Source: Callorhinchus milii (taxonomy: Eukaryota). Taken from it: DNA of 64,000 nucleotides. Where the stretch lies: the NCBI RefSeq assembly GCF_018977255.1, contig NW_024704762.1, positions 7,502,001-7,566,000 on the forward strand. The letters run 5' to 3'. The notes below the pieces were generated by a model, which did no database searches, was not told the origin of the DNA, and saw only the letters and a program-made list of their open reading frames with translations. The translations under genes and the position numbers were made by a program. Positions 50,029 to 60,740 of this stretch are shown one piece after another (positions within the stretch are counted from its first letter, which is position 1; each line of letters starts with the position of its first letter).

Positions 50029-51144
50029 ATGTACTGGCAGGCCCATTATTTCAAACCACGGATAGATTTTATTGCTAAAAGAATGGGACGGGTGGAGGGG
50101 GGGGGTAATGTCTGGGCCCCGGCTTCTGAATAAATAGTAACGCTACAGTCTTTACACAGAGAGAGAGGGGGAGAGAGAGAGAGAGTGCCAGCATAACCTT
50201 CCGTAAAAGGTTAGAATAAAATGTCCCTGTTATTAACGATTGCAATGATGAAACAAAGTGTTTCTGTGACGAGGTTATTTTTTTCCCTGTGTGTCACCCC
50301 TGGACATCGTGTTCAAGACTAATGTAGAAATTCAGGTAACTGGCATTCACTTTGACTGATGTTTTCACATCATCTGTCCAGATGTGAAAGTAATTTGGAT
50401 TTCCCTGTAAATTTAAGTGTGGTATAATTTAATTAGGTGTACTGTATCCTGGACCACATTCCTCCCTAATCCGAATTTATCGCCCCCTCCCCCCCCCTCC
50501 CATCCGAACCAAAACTTCACGCAAATTGACTGCTGCATCCTCCTACAAAATACAGTCACTTCACTACCATAAATGCTGTGAAACACTTCTGAGACGTTTC
50601 TATCAAGTGATGAGGCGCCTATAATCAAGTGGAAAGATAACTATTGTTTATAGGATGGTCTCTGGCACAAATTAGCAGCTGCGCATGCCTCCATGACAAC
50701 ATTCAGTTCACTTCTAATCAATCTCGTTCTGTGAAGTGCTTCGAGACATTTCTTTGACGCGAGACCTGCAAGTTGTAGTTGTTTGAAAAACCATTTTTGC
50801 ATGATGTGTTGAACCTTGGACTAGATCCAGAACATGTTGTATTAATCAGTAACATTCAGCCTGGATTGGAGGTATAACTATGTGATTGTAGATTGTGTTT
50901 TAATGCATTCGGCAGACCAGATCTTCAGTTGACGTCAAAGGTCAATTGCTTTCCGCCTTGATATCCCTGTACCTGCCATATCAATATAATTTAATTGATT
51001 GCACCTGACTTTATATATGGCTATATAGGACGCGATGATGCATTGTTGTTGTTAGTTTCTGAATGTGAAAGGGAAACTAATCCTAGTTGTACATATTTAA
51101 TTACCTTTCCCTGCGTCCAATGTCAAACTCATTCAAAAATCTGG

Positions 51145-51280
51145 ATGTCCGACATCTGAGAGAGGGAAGAGTTAGAGTTTCGGGTGAACATGAAAGCGGT
51201 TGACCTATTTTCCTCTTGAGATGCTGACTGACTGAACCGGCTGTGAATTCCCAACGTTTCTGTGCCTATTTCACATTTAC
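51145..51280. mobile_element. Two head-to-head diverged Penelope-like terminal remnants
   Basis: Minus arm CATCTGAGAGAGGGAAGAGTTAGAGTTTCGGG and plus arm TGAAAGCGGTTGACCTATTTTCCTCTTGAGATGCTGACTGAC...TTTCTGTG both resemble the 37958 element. Confidence 0.45.
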
Positions 51281-52904
51281 GACACTTGCCTGTTTCTCCC
51301 TGATATTCTGCCTGTTTGTGTTTCTCATCACTAAGTCAGTTTGTTACGTTTTTAATTCTCTTTCCCACCTCCCTCCCTGCTCCTGGCACAGAATTATAAT
51401 GAATGCAGGAACCTGTTTGAGCTAATTCTGCTGCGCGCTATGTTAATCAACTGATGCTGATCGTTATTGCAGGTTCACAAAAACGTTTAAAACATGTGGT
51501 CAAGCTCAATAATAGCCTGTACAAATTTACATTGATATAGCACCTTTCACGTTGGGAAGATGTCCCCACGACACTCAACAATACTAGCTTGGTACCCCAG
51601 CTGGCAGTGGGAGCTAAGGGGGTAGGAAGGGAAAGATGATCGAAAGCGCAATCAAAGAGTTAGGTCTTCTCCTTCCGATTAATTGACCATTCACTTCATG
51701 GCTTTATTTAGGACCTTGCTGGTTCAAATATCGACAAGACAACTTGGGGCACCCATATTGCCCCTTTCATGTCTAGGGGAACGTCTTAAAGTGCTTGACA
51801 ATGCCGGCTGGACACCCGAGCTGGGGGGAAAGAGGGAGTTATCTGGGATGGAGGTGTTAAATACAGTCACTACACTTGACGGTAATTCCCTGTGCAGGGC
51901 TTAAGGTAGTATAAAAATGCAAGTCCTTTCTTTCTATTAGTCTTATCAATGGAGTTGCTTGTAACAAATAATAATAACTTGCATTTGATATAGCGCCTTA
52001 TCGGTCTTCGAGACGTCTCAAAGCGCTTCACGGGACACACTGTAAAGTGAATTGACTGTAACGTTGGAGAAGGGGAGAAATAACAAAGTGCATACCCCAA
52101 TATACTTCATATCATGCATTTCGTGCTATTGTAAACTTAACACATTTATCTGCGGAATGGAGCAGGATGGAGGAACTCTTAATAAGACTCCCAGTGTATC
52201 CTGCCATTGCCTTGACGGTTTGGAGGAAGTTTTCCTCTTCTGCTTTGTTTTACTGGAAGCGAGGCCGCCTCCTTCACTGTGCTGAGAAAGGGCCACCTGC
52301 CACTCTGCTGTCTAATTATAGACTGTGCGATGTAAACCCTCAGCAAACGCTGTTCCCAGCCAGGGCTTTGACAAGGGCTTGGTGTCCCGGCGCTGAGCCG
52401 AACAAATTTCACAATAGTTACCTTTACAGCTTCCTCCAGCGCTGTCGGAAATGTCATGATGTACGAGTTTCTTTCCCACAGAAGGGCCGGCCAGTGCTGG
52501 GAGACACTACACCGCGCGCGTCGCTTGCTTTTATATTGGGAAATGTGATCTCATGTTGGACCGGGGCATGTTTTTTTTTCCCCAAACACAGTTCCTCCAC
52601 GGTTGCTAGGTAAGCAGGGCTCAGGCTTTGTTACAGGAAATTTGGGATCAAAAGTGTTGGATTCACATGGGATTGAGCAATGACCGGCAATCGGCTGGGT
52701 AATTGAGGCACGAAAGGCAAAGGTTAGCCTTCCGTCTCTGCTTGGGTTAGGCAGAGCACGCAAAGCATCTTGTCTCCTGACAATCTTTCGGAACAATTTA
52801 CAACTCTTTATGGTCCCTGTATTTTCCTGTTTTGGTTGAACTTGTTCAGCGAGTTTGAAACAATTGAAGATCACGTAGAGATGCTTTCTGATTATCCTTT
52901 ATCT

Positions 52905-53400
52905 GGTATTGCGTTTTATCACGTCGTGGAGACGTTTCAAAGCGCTTAACAGAATATACTGTAAAGTGAATTGACTGTATATTTTGTTAGCGAAACGCAG
53001 TAGCCAATTGCACACAGCAGTGTCCCACAAACAGTCGTGGATTGAGTGACCAAGTTATTTTTTTAAGTGATTATTACCCCGGAAAGCAATCCGCCAATCA
53101 TAATAATCACCTTTACAGCTTTCTCCAGCGCTGTCGGAAAAGTAATGCTGTACGAGTTTCTTTCCCACATTAGGGTCGGCCAAGTAACTTGAGTGACCAA
53201 GTAATTCTTTTTTTTGAAAAGGGTTATTACCTCCGGAAAGCGATCCGCCAATCGACTAATACCCAGGTTCCTACTTAAACTGCCGGGTAAATAGAGGCGT
53301 GTGGAGCAAGGAAACTTTCCTAGGGTTTCGCCTTGCCCAGAAATCGAACCCAGGTCCTCTCGCTTGCGAGGCGAGTGCTCTAACCATTACACTACAGCAC
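52905..53400 (-). mobile_element. Long-variant SINE with internal duplication and foreign 81-bp insert
   Basis: Tail and core at 52905-53099; insert at 53102-53182; repeated core segment at 53189-53253; long-variant segment and tRNA-like head to 53400. Confidence 0.88.
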
Positions 53401-56400
53401 TCCACATCACTCTAGTTTGAAGAAATAGCAATAATATTGGTCAACATCTTGCATTTGGGAAAGTGCCTTTTTACGTCAGCTGCACATGATTTACAATGAA
53501 ATGTAATGACTGTATATTTTGTAATACTGTATTTTGTGGGTGAATGTAACAGCCAATTTTACACGCAGCAATGTCCCACAAGCAACCATGCCATGAGGTG
53601 AATGACGGGATTGTTGGCCTGGATGTCGGGAGAAACTCCTTTCTCTTTTCAAATACAGTAGTATCAAGGGATCTTTAGAATCTACTTGAAAGGGCAGATG
53701 ATTTTATTTTATTTTATTTTATTTTCAAGGCTTTGATTTTAATCTCTCATCTGAAGAATGAATCGGTCTTCACGTTACTGAACTGGAGCATACAAAATGT
53801 ACAGTCAATCCAAGTATACTCTGTGAAGCGCCTTGAGACGTCTCAACGGCGTGATATTGCACTATATCAAATGTAAAGATTATTATTCTGTGATCTCAAG
53901 TCCAAGGTGGGTTTTGACCCAGAATCGAATGACCTCTTAACTAAAGAGACGAGAACTCCACTGACGACTGAGCCAGGCTGCTAAGAGTGAGTGCCATTCT
54001 GATCAGCAAACCATTTTCCATTGCTCTATCCATTCCAAGCCAAAACTAACACTGCCCTCCCTCCCTTACACTTGTGTCACACACCGATTTTTCCCAACGC
54101 ATTTTCCACAGCAAACTCTCAAACAGTCTTGTGATGCCAACTGTCTGATAAGCTGTACAAGAACAGGGGGAGGGAACATGTCAACCTGCAGATACCTGTA
54201 GTAACATAGTAAATCTACCCCAGTGAGAAGGAAAGTAAGTCTGCAGTACTGTCGCAAGACCAGTTTAAAGGAATTAAATGATCAGCTGATGCAGTTGCAC
54301 TGTTCCCATGCATTCTCGCGCAGCTGCTCATGAGACTGGCACCAACTTTAATACCTGGACTTGAGTGGTGAAAGGAAATGTGTATGCGTGTGCGTGTTGC
54401 TGTTATGATTGTGGACAACTAAGCTGCTGTAACCAGGAGAGACTTATGGCCCTTTAAACTGGCTGTGTTTCAATAGCAACCACAAAGTATTTATTAAAAA
54501 ACACAAAAACATTTCAAAGCTCCCGTATGGGAGCTTGTTTATTTTGCAGTTTCCATCCATTTCATTCGATGAAGCTATGGGATAAGTTCTGTAAAATTGC
54601 CTGTTCGAAGCTTGCGGAACTCTCTCTTCCTTTGCCTGACTTAAGTTTTAATGTTTTTAAACATTTTAATGTTTTAATATCTTTTATAATAATAATAATA
54701 ATCCTTGCATTTGATAGAACACCTTATCATGTCTTCGCGATGTCTCAAAGCGCTTCACAGAATATATAGTAAAGTGAATTGACTATTGTACATTTTGTGT
54801 ATATCTTTGGGATGAAAACTTCGACTGAGGACACGTCTGCATGTTCAAGTGAACCTTAAACTCCCATTTGAAAAGCTAAAGGAGATTTTACCAGTGTCTT
54901 GGCCAACGATTTTCTGGATCGGGGGGGAAACAGCCTTTTGGCTGCTGAGGGCTGGATGCTTTATTTGAGAAATGCCCGGGGGTCGGAGAAGCAATATTTT
55001 TGCATTTCCCTTCCAGAAATATAACATAACATTTACGGGTTATGGAGGAAGCAGGTGGGTCAGATGAAATGGGGGTGGGGAGGGATGAAACCGGCCAGTG
55101 GGCCACCTATTGAGCTACCATGCTGTAGATAAAAGTGGCCATTCACCTCGTGGCTGTTTATGGGACTTGGCTGGCTCAAAATGGCTGATGTATTTGCTTG
55201 CCACAAAACAGTCACTACACTTGACCATAATAATGCTTTGAGACGTTTTTATGCGAGAAGGTGCTATTGAATGGACGTTTTTCCTGTTTGATAATGCTTT
55301 GCGTGACAACATGAAAACATTTCGGAAGAACAAAGGTTGGGTGGACAGTGGGTGGGTGGGTGCGGAATACAGTTTTACTTTATGTAAGATTTATTCATGC
55401 GTTGGAAACAAAAGAGAAAAAAAATCAGACAAGTACTTGGGTAGCAGAAGGATCTGAAAGGGTGGGGAATCAGGATGAAAAGTTCTGCCAAGATCTCATA
55501 AACTGGTGGAAATGGCCATCGTAACAGTGAGCTCCTCTTGTTCCTGTTTCCCTATATTTCGTACGTCACATTACAGATCTCATAATGCTATCGGATATGA
55601 GTTGGTGTGAAGGGAACTGAACTATACCTCCGGGAATGCCATTGACTGGCATGGGCTGGAGCAAGGGAAGTGTTAAATTTATCCATTTTATTAACGTCCC
55701 GAGGATGAATCTGGGAAACCGAGCGCGGATCATTCCCAAGGCCCTCCAATGACCAACCCTCGCTGCGTGCGCACTTCCCTGCTCTCAGCACGTCGGCAAG
55801 CACTCCCCCCTTCCCCGTCCGCACTTGATTAATTCACACGTTAGGAACCCATTCACAGAGGCGACAATGAAAGCCCGCTTACATCAGCCCATGAATGGGA
55901 GGAAGTTGCCATAATGCAAGTCAGAGCAAAGATAAACGAATCAGCTGACCCATTACCGATTCATCGGCAGGAAACGCCATTCATCTCGCCACCGTTTTAC
56001 TGCTATTCCCATGGAGACTGTAATATTATTGTGATGGCCCCATTAAAATATTACTGGAAAATAATCGCTTTGCCTGTGAAGGAGGCTGGCTAGCCATTCC
56101 AACTGCACTTGGTCTCCAGAGTTCAGCGTTGCTGTTTAAAGGGGCAATGTTAGTACAGTAGGAGACCTTTAGAGTATATGTGTGTGTGTGTGTGTGTGTG
56201 TGTCTGTGCAAAAAAAACTGGCTTGGTTTGGGAGGGGGAGGTTGAAATTGCAGCTTTTGAAATTCACTGCTTTTGTTTTTACGCTGGCAAGTCGAAAGGT
56301 TTTCCCCGGAGGGATTTTACAATAAATATTCTGCAGTGTGATATTTTTAAAGTGGATTAAACGTCTGTTTCCACTTCGATTTCCTCTCTTCCTTTCTCTT

Positions 56401-57671
56401 CTATCCCCCCGCCATCACATATTTTCTTTGTGTATTATATGATAATCTAAATAGCCATCTTGTAAACTTTCGTTAAAGTTGTAGGTAGACCGGCATCTGA
56501 ACATTTTTTTTAAAGAAAGTATAAAAACTTTTAATTGTTTGAAAAAAGGTTTCAAAACTTTTTTTTAAAAGTGTAACGAAGAGCAAAAGAACCGGAAGAG
56601 TGTGTTTTAGCTGCAAAAATCTGTCAAAAACATATCTGTTTTGGGTGTGGCAAGAACAGTTGAATGGCAAGCATTCTGTACTTTCTGAAATTCGCTTGTG
56701 AGAGTAGACGTTCAAATACTGTAGCTCTCTTCCCTCTGGGTTCAAGTTCCATTTGTGACTTTTGAGGCATTGTGGCCATCAGGCAGGATTAAAATGCAGC
56801 TTCTCATAACTGAAGCGATGATATGAATGCAGGCGCAGTCTGAACCCTTTGGTATTGTGATTATTCAAATCCCCGATTGTCCATCCAGTGCCTTGGGACG
56901 TCCTCCTGATATGAAAGGCGCTATACAAATGTAATTTCTTGTTGTTGTTGGTGTCCCTATCCCTTTAATTCCAAACCCTTGAAAAACAGTGAATGCCCTT
57001 ATTTAATTATCCTTTACTGTAGCCTTTTACCCCCCCCCCGCCCCCACTCCACACACGCACGCACACCACACACACAGAGTTAAGCACTGTGAGGGGTCTG
57101 ATCGTCTGACTGGATGAGCTACTAAGCTGACCGTCCGAATTAATATCCGTAGAGAGATAATCATTAAACCAGCGTGTTTCACATTCACCGGGGGCATGCT
57201 GATTTCTGCTCCCGCACTCCATGGCCTCGGTATATCTCCCAATAATTCAATACCCTAAAGAAAAAATTTGATGCTGCATTTTTTTTTCCAAATCAATTTT
57301 ATATGGTAACATACACTGGTTAGGATTATACACGCACACAAGTATTTTAGTGCAGTGTGCATACTTTCTGTATTCTGCTTCAGATCAGCAAGTGCAGTAC
57401 CAGGAAGATCAAATTCCACTCAAGACCATAAACCCGAGGCCTATTTTCTTCCCCTTCCCCATTCTATAGTGACTTGTTGATGGGGTGATTGTTTCAACTG
57501 CAAATCACATCTTTATTACTTCTAATTGGTGTAAATTATTGTTTTACTTGTTGAGGAGTTAATGACCTAGTACAGAATCATCAGCTGGTCTCTCCTTGCC
57601 TTGTGGTGTTTAACATGTTTCAGTGTAAATCTGGTTAGCTGTCACTTAAGTTTTATTTTAGTGTGCGAACC

Positions 57672-58072
57672 CCACATTTACCTTTTCATGCTCGTCTTCA
57701 AATCCCTTCAATCCCTGGCGCCTTCCCACCTTCCCAAACTGCTTACTCCCCAATCCACTACTTGTCGCCTCCACTCCACTGGCTCTGACCTGCTTTTACG
57801 TTATGCTCTTTATTCCACCATCGGCAGCCACGCTTTCAGCCACTACGCTCCGAAATTCTGGAACTCTCTCCCTCAATCCCTCCACCTTGCCCCATCCTTC
57901 CTCATCTTCAGAACGCGCCTGAAGACCTTCCCCTCTTCAACAGTGTTTACGGTCGGCCCCTTACACCCCCCCCCCCATTTTGTGGCTTGGGGTCAGGCTC
58001 CGCCATGGTCAAGCGCTCTGAGATGCTGCCCTGAGTGTATAAGTTTAAGTGTATAAGTGCAAATTGTTGTTT
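57672..58072 (+). mobile_element. L2 LINE 3' fragment
   Basis: Translates LVFKSLQSLAPSHL...STIGSHAFSHYAPKFWNSLPQSL...FRTRLKT. Shorter L2 3' ends at about 15503-15680, 27005-27195, 32130-32296, 35960-36180, 41800-42000, 56870-56950 (+) and 3975-4090, 17320-17440, 34820-34882, 51520-51620 (-). Confidence 0.85.
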
Positions 58073-59064
58073 TCAGTGGTAAGTAAGAGAGTCTTTCGCT
58101 CTAAGGGGAGATTGTGACCCCGTCCTCACAGAGAATGACCAGAGAGAGAGAGTGAGAGCTAGCTGCCACGCATCTAGATCTGTGCCCTCGTGTAACTAAC
58201 TAAATTGGGGCGAGTAGAGTAGAAGGAGGGGGTGCGGCGGGTGGGGGGAAGCTTGCTACCGGATTGGCGGTGTGTTTCACGCAGTCTTTCTGAATGTGAT
58301 CTTCTCGGATCGTCTCTGACGAACGATTTGAGTTGCTGGATGTGAAAAGTCAGTGCCGCAGTCTTGGCAGAAGCGCAGAAACAAAGTACAGGATCAAACT
58401 ATATTTCACGTGTGACCTGGAGGCTGTGTTTGTATGTGTGTATGGTGTGCGTGTGTTTTGTGTGTGCATCGCTGTGTGAGAGAGTGTTTTCTCTGCTGTG
58501 AGCATGCGAGCGTGGATGTCCTGTGTGTTACCTTGGTGATGGGCTGCCGGTCCCACTGTTCAGAGTGGCGGAGGGAGTACAGCAGCGCTCCTTTGAAAAC
58601 TGCCATTCAACACAAACTCGTGTAGCCTGGGGGAGATTTGTTTTGCAAATTCAGTCCAGTCTAATTACATTAGGCCTGTGGCATGTGGTTTGACCTGGTG
58701 AATCCAATCTGGAGAAAAGGGCCCTTGTACGTCGTGCAACTTTTTAAAATCTCGTGTGAATTTTTTTATGCTCGAGAGGAAGAGAGAGAGAGAGAGAGAG
58801 AGAGAACAAGAGAAAGACTTCTAATTTTGGGACAAGAAAGTTTTCCCACTGTGTTTTTTGGGGGAAGTGAGAGGATGAAGCACTCCCAATTTAGCAACGT
58901 GATGTGGAGTAAAAACGTTCCTTGTGTTTCATTGCTTTAACCTTCAAAGAGCAGGGGTGATTGTGCCACTATGATCTCTATGCTATCCCCTACCTTGCGT
59001 CTCTCGTGATTGTTGATTTTGCGAGCTTCACTTCTCAACTCTGAACACTCGAGAGTGTTTTATT

Positions 59065-59830
59065 CCAAACAAGAATAGAGAAGATGGAGAGGAGACCTGA
59101 TAATTGGCTGCCGTGTTTTGCCCACAAAGTATACAGTCAATTCACTTTACAGTATTTTCTGTGAAGCGCTTTGAGATGTCGCAGTGACGGGATAAGACGC
59201 TCTATCAAATGCAAGGATTGTTATTATTATAGAGGCGGTCAAAATTGAGAGTGTTTAGAAGTGGTAAATGGGGGCAACTATTTCCGTTGGTTGGTGACTT
59301 GGTACTGGAGATCGTGAATGTAAGATTGCTGCTAAATAATAATAATCCTTGCATTTGATATAGCGCCTTATCACGTCTTCAAGACGTCTCAAAGCGCTTC
59401 ACAGAATATACCGTAAAGTGAATTGACTGTGTTTTGTGGGCGAAACGCGGCAGCCAATTGCGCACAGCAGCGTCCCACAAACAGTGGTGGATTGAAGTGA
59501 CTAATTTATTTATTTATTTTCTTGAGGGATTATTATAAGGTGTGTGGAGTAAGGAAACTTGTCCAAGGTTTTGCCCTGTCGGGAATCGAACCCAGATCTC
59601 TCGCTTGTGAGGCGAGAGCGCTCTAACCACTGAGCTACAGGTCTCATAAGAAACCTTTGTTGCTAAAAAGCAACGGGTGAGCATTAGAATGTGTTTGTTG
59701 CACAGAGTGTTATTATGACATGGAGGGCCATACCAAAACCAATCATTGAGGCAGAATCCATATAGGCTTTTACAAAGAAATTAGACAAATATGTGAAAAA
59801 GGGAAATATGAAGATATGGATGGGAGTGGA
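59065..59830 (+). mobile_element. CR1 LINE 3' fragment interrupted by two SINEs
   Basis: AGAAGATGGAGAGGAGACCTGATA (RRWRGDLI), SINE, GAGGCGGTCAAAATT (EAVKI)...CTATTTCCGTTGGTTGG, SINE, ...CAGAGTGTT...GAGGCAGAATCC...AAAGAAATTAGACAAATATG. Confidence 0.8.
59336..59645 (-). mobile_element. Full-length SINE, majority subfamily, inserted in a CR1 fragment
   Basis: Complete tail-core-head structure, flanked by TTGCTGCTAAA (59326-59336) and TTGTTGCTAAA (59657-59667). Confidence 0.92.
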
Positions 59831-60439
59831 ACTTATTTATGCATATTTCAGAGAACTGGGCCCTGTAAAGAGCAGAGTGATTTTAATCTGTAAAATTCAG
59901 ATTCTACATCTGCTTACTCACAGATGTTAGGGTAAATGCTTTAGTTACCCCCCACCCCACCCCCTCTCACCCTACAACGCCCCCACTACTCTCTGGGATC
60001 TTTGCTGTGATGAGTTCGAGATGCACAGCGGCTGGGAAGCTGTGCGTTCTACGTCGGGAATCGCGCACGGTCTGGGAAAACCTAAAGAGGCCCAAGGAGA
60101 TGGTTTTAAGCTTTGAAATTGAGGCATTTGGCAGAAGGGGTTATGCTCCAATTCAGTCCAGACGGATGGGATAAAAGTCTCGCTGGTTGAAGTACAAATA
60201 GGCAGAAGGAATGTGGCATCAGTTGCCAATCTGTTGTCGATTATGTTAGGGAGTACTGTACTGGATAGCGTTACAAATTGTGTCCCCTCTTCCTTTTCCC
60301 CTCTAGCTCTCTTCTTTCACCCCACACACACACACCACACACACACACACACGTTAAAAACGTTCCAATGTTTGGTCCTGTAAAGACAAGTTATCACCCC
60401 TGTGACCTGTGTTGGAGCTAACTGGTCGTGTTCTCCATG

Positions 60440-60740
60440 CATTATTCACGAGGCTTAACAGTGAGTGTTCACGAGGGAGATGGCATGGAGTCATGTGTTC
60501 ACCTGATGTCCACTATTACATGCCCTCCAGCAGGTTAGTGCTCAGGAGTGGAGGCCCTAGCTGAAACTTTTATTGTGTTTCCCCCACCCCCCACCAAAAA
60601 CCAGGGGACGCCAAGGCTTGTTGTGTTCCTGACTCCTGGCCTGATTGAAATCAGCGAACTCGCTACAGGCAGGATTCAAATCTGCGAGCTTTCAGCGTTG
60701 TTGCACTGCAACCTTTTACCCACAGCGAGAGTCTCTAACC
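60440..60740 (-). mobile_element. Ancient SINE, second family, reverse copy
   Basis: CAGTGAGTGT...TTCACCTGATGTCC...CCAGCAGG...CAGGAGTGGAGGCCCTAGCTGA...GAAATCAGCGAACTC is the diverged reverse complement of the 12935 and 5205 elements. Confidence 0.55.

Noticed and set aside
58314-58356. Second CTGACGA...GAAA hammerhead-like spacing
   Set aside because: Stems I and II cannot form beyond 2-3 bp and there is no PLE context.
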